64,000 bases of DNA from Bacteroidota bacterium. GTDB taxonomy: Bacteria; Bacteroidota; Bacteroidia; Bacteroidales; JACABE01. Made by a program: the position numbers and the translations under genes. The notes under the pieces are model-generated. The model ran no database searches, was not told where the DNA came from, and saw only the letters and a program-made list of their open reading frames with translations. Location of the stretch: the NCBI GenBank assembly GCA_026391675.1, contig JAPLDQ010000036.1, positions 100,522-164,521 on the forward strand. Direction: 5' to 3'. Of this stretch, positions 59,154 to 64,000 are shown piece after piece; position 1 is the first letter of the stretch; each line of letters opens with the position of its first letter.

Positions 59154-59186
59154 GCAATTTTAAGTAAACTTTATCATTAAACGCTG

Positions 59187-59260
59187 CGACTCCGAAGGGA
59201 TTCGAACCCCCAACCATCAGAACCGGAATCTGACATTCTATCCAATTGAACTACGGAGCC
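59187..59260 (-). tRNA. tRNA-Arg (anticodon CCG)
   Basis: Hand-folded cloverleaf on the minus strand: acceptor GGCTCCG/CGGAGTC, D arm GTTC..GAAT, anticodon arm TCAGA-TTCCGGT-TCTGA, T arm GGGGG-TTCGAAT-CCCTT. 74 nt, no encoded CCA. Confidence 0.85.
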
Positions 59261-59269
59261 ATTTAATTG

Positions 59270-59277
59270 CAAAGATA
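59270..59277 (-). promoter_or_regulatory. Bacteroidota -7 box for tRNA-Arg
   Basis: The minus strand reads TATCTTTG, 9 nt upstream of the tRNA 5' end at 59260. Confidence 0.5.
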
Positions 59278-59427
59278 TAAAATCTTTTCTTTTTAGTTTT
59301 TATTGAATAGCTTATTTAAGTTTGTCAGCTAAATGACTAACAACAAATTATAGGTATTGATGTTATTATTATTAAACTAAAGTAGTAAAAAACAATAAAT
59401 AACTCCAAAAACTGTTATTTAAAAACA

Positions 59428-59435
59428 TATTTTTG
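59428..59435 (+). promoter_or_regulatory. Bacteroidota -7 box for the PorZ-like/recO genes
   Basis: TATTTTTG, 26 nt upstream of ATG 59462. Confidence 0.45.
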
Positions 59436-59461
59436 CATAGTTAAACTTGTTCAAAACAAAC

Positions 59462-61768
59462 ATGAAATTAAAACAATTTCTTTTTTTAAAAGCACTCATA
59501 CTGTTAAGTTTCTTCTCCTATAGTCAGGGGATACCAATAGGACAATGGCGAAATCATTTGCCTAAAAACAGAGTTATTGCTGTAGCTGAAGTTGAAAATC
59601 GTATTTATGCTGCAACTCCCTATAGCATTTTTTATTATGATAAATCAGATAACAGTATCCAGCAGTTAACAAAAGTAAATGGGCTTTCTGATGTTGGAAT
59701 CAGTACAATACATTATAATAAATTATACAAAACCCTGATTATTTCTTACTCTAATGCAAATATTGATTTATTAAAACCTAATGGAATTATAAATATTTCT
59801 GATATAAAAAATAAATCAATCCCGGGTAATAAAAAAATAAATAGTGTTACTTCGATGGGAAGATATGCATATTTATCCTGTGGATTTGGAATAGTAGTTG
59901 TGGATTTGCTCAGAAACGAAATAAAGGATACTTATATCATTGGAGATAACGGTAATAAAATAGAAGTTAATGAAATTGCAGCAAATGATACTATAATTTA
60001 CGCAGCTACATCATCAGGTATTTACAAAGCAGCTATTTTAAACCCTAATTTAGCTGATTATCATAACTGGAGAAAAGATAGCTTAATTCGTGGAATAGAT
60101 TCAAAGTTTACCCATATTGTTTTTTTTAATGATAAAGTTATTATTTGTAAAAGCAGAGGTAACAGTAATAGTGATACATTATTTGCCTTTAACGGGAATA
60201 GCTGGACATCATTTGATACAGCTACTGTAAATCAATTAGCTGTATTTAACAATCAGTTAATTGTTTCAAATTGGGGTTATTACATCATTTTGGATGCATC
60301 CTTTCAATATCTGCATTTCAGTCAGTTTTTTCTCATCCCAAATCAGATTATCGTTGATAAAGATAATTTTTTCTGGATAGCCGATGATGAAAATGGATTG
60401 ATAAAAATTGCAAGTAATGGTATTGACAAAACCAATATTATACCAAATGGACCTTATACTAAAAATGTTTTTACACTTTCATCAACACCCACCGGAATCT
60501 GGCTTGCGCCCGGAGGTGTGGATTATGGTAGCTGGTCTGACACCTATTTTCCTGCAACTTTGCATCAATTTAATGATGAAAAATGGACGAATTATACCCA
60601 TTCTAATATTGCAGGATTAGCAGATTCTATAGTTGATATTTTAGATATTGCTATAGATCCGACTGATAATTCAAAAATATATGCAGCGTCCTGGTATACA
60701 GGTATAATAGAAATGACTAATAATAAAGTTACTAACATTTATAATGAAGCTAATAGTAGTTTACGTCCGAATTATATTGGCAGTTCAAGATATACAGTAA
60801 GAGTTGGAAATATTGAGTTTGATGAATCCGGTAATTTATGGGCCACAAATTCCGGTGTACAAAATTCATTGTCTGTGAGATATCATAACGGGACATGGGA
60901 GTCTTTCGATCTTCAGGGTTTAGTAAATAATGACATACTTAGCCTGATGATTGATAAAAATAGTTATAAATGGATGTATGTCAGAGAAAAAAGATTGGTT
61001 GTGTTTAATAAGACACAAAATTCTTATCAAAAAGCCTGGGTAGATATCAACAGGGGTTCAGATCTTGCATGTAATTACATCCATTGTTTCACTCAGGATT
61101 TAAATGGGGAAATCTGGGTTGGAACAGATAAAGGAATCCGGGTAATTTATTCACCTGATGATGTGTTTAACACAGCCGGAGGTGATGAGTCAACAATAAC
61201 TTCACAGGCAATAAAAGTTGAATTTGACGGACATGTCCAATATTTATTTGAATTCGAAGATGTTACTGCAATTGTTGTTGATGGTGCCAACCGAAAATGG
61301 ATAGGTACACAAAAAGCAGGTGTTTTCCTGATTTCTGCTGATGGGTTACAACAACTGGCTCATTATACCGAAGAAAATAGTCCGTTGTTTTCAAATACAA
61401 TTATTTCTATTGCAATAAATCCTCAAAATGGAGAAATTTTCTTTGGTACGGCCAAGGGTATTATTTCTTACAGGGGATTAGCAACAAAAGGAGAAGATAC
61501 TTTTAAAGATGTTTATGCTTTTCCTAATCCTGTGCGGCCTGAATATAATGGAATAATCGCTATCAAAGGATTGGTAAAAGATGCAAATGTAAAAATTACT
61601 GATATTGCAGGTAATCTCATTTTTAATACGATTTCTTATGGCGGACAAGCTATATGGGATGGTAAAAATTATAATGGAGAACGTGCTAAAACAGGTGTTT
61701 ATCTTGTTTTTAGTACAAACGAAGATGGACAGGAAACTATCGTTACAAAAATTTTATTTATAAATTGA
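59462..61768 (+). CDS. PorZ-like double beta-propeller protein with T9SS C-terminal domain
   Basis: Signal peptide, two-component-regulator-propeller-like repeats and the C-terminal FPNPVRPEYNG...VYLVF...ILFIN sorting domain. About 770 aa, like PorZ. ATG at 59462 (track start is TTG 59447). Confidence 0.55.
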   Translation: MKLKQFLFLKALILLSFFSYSQGIPIGQWRNHLPKNRVIAVAEVENRIYAATPYSIFYYDKSDNSIQQLTKVNGLSDVGISTIHYNKLYKTLIISYSNANIDLLKPNGIINISDIKNKSIPGNKKINSVTSMGRYAYLSCGFGIVVVDLLRNEIKDTYIIGDNGNKIEVNEIAANDTIIYAATSSGIYKAAILNPNLADYHNWRKDSLIRGIDSKFTHIVFFNDKVIICKSRGNSNSDTLFAFNGNSWTSFDTATVNQLAVFNNQLIVSNWGYYIILDASFQYLHFSQFFLIPNQIIVDKDNFFWIADDENGLIKIASNGIDKTNIIPNGPYTKNVFTLSSTPTGIWLAPGGVDYGSWSDTYFPATLHQFNDEKWTNYTHSNIAGLADSIVDILDIAIDPTDNSKIYAASWYTGIIEMTNNKVTNIYNEANSSLRPNYIGSSRYTVRVGNIEFDESGNLWATNSGVQNSLSVRYHNGTWESFDLQGLVNNDILSLMIDKNSYKWMYVREKRLVVFNKTQNSYQKAWVDINRGSDLACNYIHCFTQDLNGEIWVGTDKGIRVIYSPDDVFNTAGGDESTITSQAIKVEFDGHVQYLFEFEDVTAIVVDGANRKWIGTQKAGVFLISADGLQQLAHYTEENSPLFSNTIISIAINPQNGEIFFGTAKGIISYRGLATKGEDTFKDVYAFPNPVRPEYNGIIAIKGLVKDANVKITDIAGNLIFNTISYGGQAIWDGKNYNGERAKTGVYLVFSTNEDGQETIVTKILFIN

Positions 61769-61782
61769 TTTTATAAATCAAA

Positions 61783-62511
61783 ATGTTAAGTGTTACCAAA
61801 GGCATTGTCCTTAACCATATCAATTTTAGTGAAACAAGTGTGATTGCCAAAATTTATACCGAAAATTATGGACTTCAATCATATATCTTAAAAGGAATCA
61901 GAAAAACCAGGTCAAAAACAAAACTTAGTTTACTGGAACACCTTTCATTGGTGGAAATTGTAGCTTATCATAAAGAAAATACGCCTGGTATTAGGACTGT
62001 AAAAGAAATAAAAAGTATTTATCTCTTTCAAAGTATTCCATATGATATTGGCAAAAGTGCTATAGCATTATTTATCAATGAGATATTATATAAATCTTTG
62101 CACGAAGAAGAAAAAAATCCTGCTTTATTTTCATTCCTGTTTCATGCTATTCAGATTCTTGATGTAACACCTGAAAAATTTGCTGATTTTCATTTATTGT
62201 TTATGGTTCAATATGCCAAGTATTTAGGCTTTTCTCCCATGTCAAATTATGATGAAAAACACAGGATATTCAATCTAAATGAAGGTATTTTTCAGCAAAA
62301 TAAGCCTTTAACCGCCGAATTTCTGGATTTCCCTTATAGTGAATCTGTTTCAAAAATGCTGCATACCAATTTTGAGGAAATTGCTGTATTAAATTTCAGC
62401 AAAAGCGAAAGACGCTTTTTACTCGAAAAAATGATAATTTTTTACCGTCTGCACCATACAAATTTTGCAAAAATCAACTCCCATCTGGTGTTGCAGGAAG
62501 TTTTCGGATAA
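61783..62511 (+). CDS. recO: DNA repair protein RecO
   Basis: 242 aa. N-terminal OB-fold segment (GIVLNHINFSETSVIAKIYT) and overall RecO-like layout. Confidence 0.75.
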   Translation: MLSVTKGIVLNHINFSETSVIAKIYTENYGLQSYILKGIRKTRSKTKLSLLEHLSLVEIVAYHKENTPGIRTVKEIKSIYLFQSIPYDIGKSAIALFINEILYKSLHEEEKNPALFSFLFHAIQILDVTPEKFADFHLLFMVQYAKYLGFSPMSNYDEKHRIFNLNEGIFQQNKPLTAEFLDFPYSESVSKMLHTNFEEIAVLNFSKSERRFLLEKMIIFYRLHHTNFAKINSHLVLQEVFG

Positions 62512-62583
62512 ATCTCATTTTATATTATTTCTTAAAATAGTATCCTAAGCATTTAATTACAAACGCTGGACTTTAAAAATTTT

Positions 62584-62591
62584 TATCTTTG
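62584..62591 (+). promoter_or_regulatory. Bacteroidota -7 box for lysS
   Basis: TATCTTTG, 17 nt upstream of ATG 62609. Confidence 0.45.
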
Positions 62592-62608
62592 CAAAAATTT
62601 TTAAGATT

Positions 62609-64000
62609 ATGAGTTTAGAATTAAGTGAACAAGAATTATTCAGAAGGAAATCGTTGGAAGAACTGATAAGTATAGGGATAAATCCTTATCCTGCAGAATT
62701 ATTTGAAGTAAATGTAAAATCAACAGAAATACTGGAAAACTTTCCAAAAGATAATAGCCAGTTTCAAAAAGTAAGTATAGCCGGTCGTATAATGAGTCGT
62801 CGTATAATGGGTGCAGCATCATTTGTGGAATTACAGGATAGCGTGGGAAGAATACAATTATATATCAAACGCGACGATATTTGTAAAGGAGAAGACACAT
62901 CATTTTATAACAATGCATTTAAAAAAATGATGGATATTGGAGATATTATTGGTGTTTCTGGTTATGTATTTACTACACAAATGGGCGAAATAAGCATACA
63001 CGTTACTGAATTGAAGTTATTGAGCAAATCGTTAAAACCGTTACCAATTGTTAAAGAAAAGGATGGTGTGGTATATGATGCATTCAGCGACCCCGAACAA
63101 AGATATCGTCAGCGCTATGTTGATTTAATTGTAAATGATGGTGTAAAAGAAACATTTATTAAGCGTACTAAAATCATACAGTCGATGCGCGAGTTTTTTA
63201 ACTCAAAAGGTTATCTCGAAGTAGAGACTCCGATTTTACAGGCAATACCAGGCGGAGCTGCTGCCAGACCATTCATCACTCATCACAATGCTTTGAATAT
63301 CCCGTTATATCTTCGTATTGCTAATGAATTGTACTTAAAAAGACTGATAGTTGGTGGTTTTGAAGGTGTATATGAATTTGCCAAGGATTTTCGTAACGAA
63401 GGTATGGATCGCACCCATAACCCGGAATTTACTGTAATGGAAATATATGTAGCCTATAAAGACTACAAATGGATGATGGAATTTACGGAACAGATGATAG
63501 AAAAAGTGGCATTGGATTTACATGGTAAATCAGAGGTTAAATTTGGTGACAACGAAATTGAATTCAAAGCACCTTTCCGCAGGGTTACTATGATTGATGC
63601 AATTAAAGAACATACCGGATTTGATATCAGTGAAATGAATGAAGATGAGATTCGTGAGGTTTGCACAAAACTGCATATCGAAACTAATCCAACAATGGGA
63701 AAAGGCAAAATGATTGATGAGATTTTTGGTGAAAAATGTGAGCATCATTACATACAACCTACATTTATAATTGATTATCCTGTTGAAATGTCACCACTAT
63801 GCAAAAAACACCGCAGCAATCCTGAACTTACCGAACGTTTTGAACTTTTTGTAAATGGGAAAGAACTTGCCAATGCATATACTGAGTTGAATGATCCGAT
63901 TGACCAGCGCGAAAGATTTGAGGATCAGCTAAAACTTTCAGAAAAAGGTGATGATGAAGCCATGTTTATTGATCAGGATTTCTTAAGGGCACTTGAATAT
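62609..64000 (+). CDS. lysS: lysine--tRNA ligase, class II (3' end outside the window)
   Basis: Absent from the track because it has no stop in the window. ATG at 62609, open to 64000 (464 codons). OB domain plus class II motifs ([42 protein letters not shown]). Confidence 0.9.
   Translation, partial: MSLELSEQELFRRKSLEELISIGINPYPAELFEVNVKSTEILENFPKDNSQFQKVSIAGRIMSRRIMGAASFVELQDSVGRIQLYIKRDDICKGEDTSFYNNAFKKMMDIGDIIGVSGYVFTTQMGEISIHVTELKLLSKSLKPLPIVKEKDGVVYDAFSDPEQRYRQRYVDLIVNDGVKETFIKRTKIIQSMREFFNSKGYLEVETPILQAIPGGAAARPFITHHNALNIPLYLRIANELYLKRLIVGGFEGVYEFAKDFRNEGMDRTHNPEFTVMEIYVAYKDYKWMMEFTEQMIEKVALDLHGKSEVKFGDNEIEFKAPFRRVTMIDAIKEHTGFDISEMNEDEIREVCTKLHIETNPTMGKGKMIDEIFGEKCEHHYIQPTFIIDYPVEMSPLCKKHRSNPELTERFELFVNGKELANAYTELNDPIDQRERFEDQLKLSEKGDDEAMFIDQDFLRALEY

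Overview
AT-rich chromosomal segment that looks like Bacteroidota. Evidence: T9SS C-terminal sorting domains, a PorZ-like propeller protein, CarboxypepD_reg-type TonB-dependent receptors, a UpxY antiterminator, and TAnnTTTG -7 boxes in front of many genes. About 45 densely packed genes, mostly housekeeping and cell-envelope functions: hemW, rluB-like, AsmA-like, a small polysaccharide locus, PPi-PFK, ispB-like, lnt, 5-FCL, the coaX-OMP-TPR-lptC-gldE-like-ppiD cluster, alpha-2-macroglobulin + pbpC, nadB, elbB, Omp85-family, dnaB, mtnP, ade, recO, partial lysS, and one tRNA-Arg(CCG). I found no CRISPR array, transposase, integrase, rRNA or recognisable defence operon, and no convincing new multi-gene system. 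The best leads are local anomalies. (1) At 49.4-49.9 kb a duplicated [tRNA-like remnant + GIY-YIG gene] module is bounded by a perfect 64-bp direct repeat, and the GIY-YIG gene is frameshifted by a perfect 32-bp tandem duplication. (2) An orphan, clearly archaeal-type GatD homologue. (3) A structured ~175-nt leader upstream of the 5-formyl-THF cyclo-ligase gene, the classic 6S RNA position. (4) 7-8-bp-period TAAC/GTTA micro-arrays at three promoter-proximal sites, two of them inverted around an OmpA-like gene. (5) A thioester-intact A2M-PbpC pair with unusual anchor, insert and intercistronic hairpin. All product calls rest on motif recognition by eye; no database search was run. Several track ORFs open at TTG or GTG, and I trimmed them to the first plausible ATG where stated.
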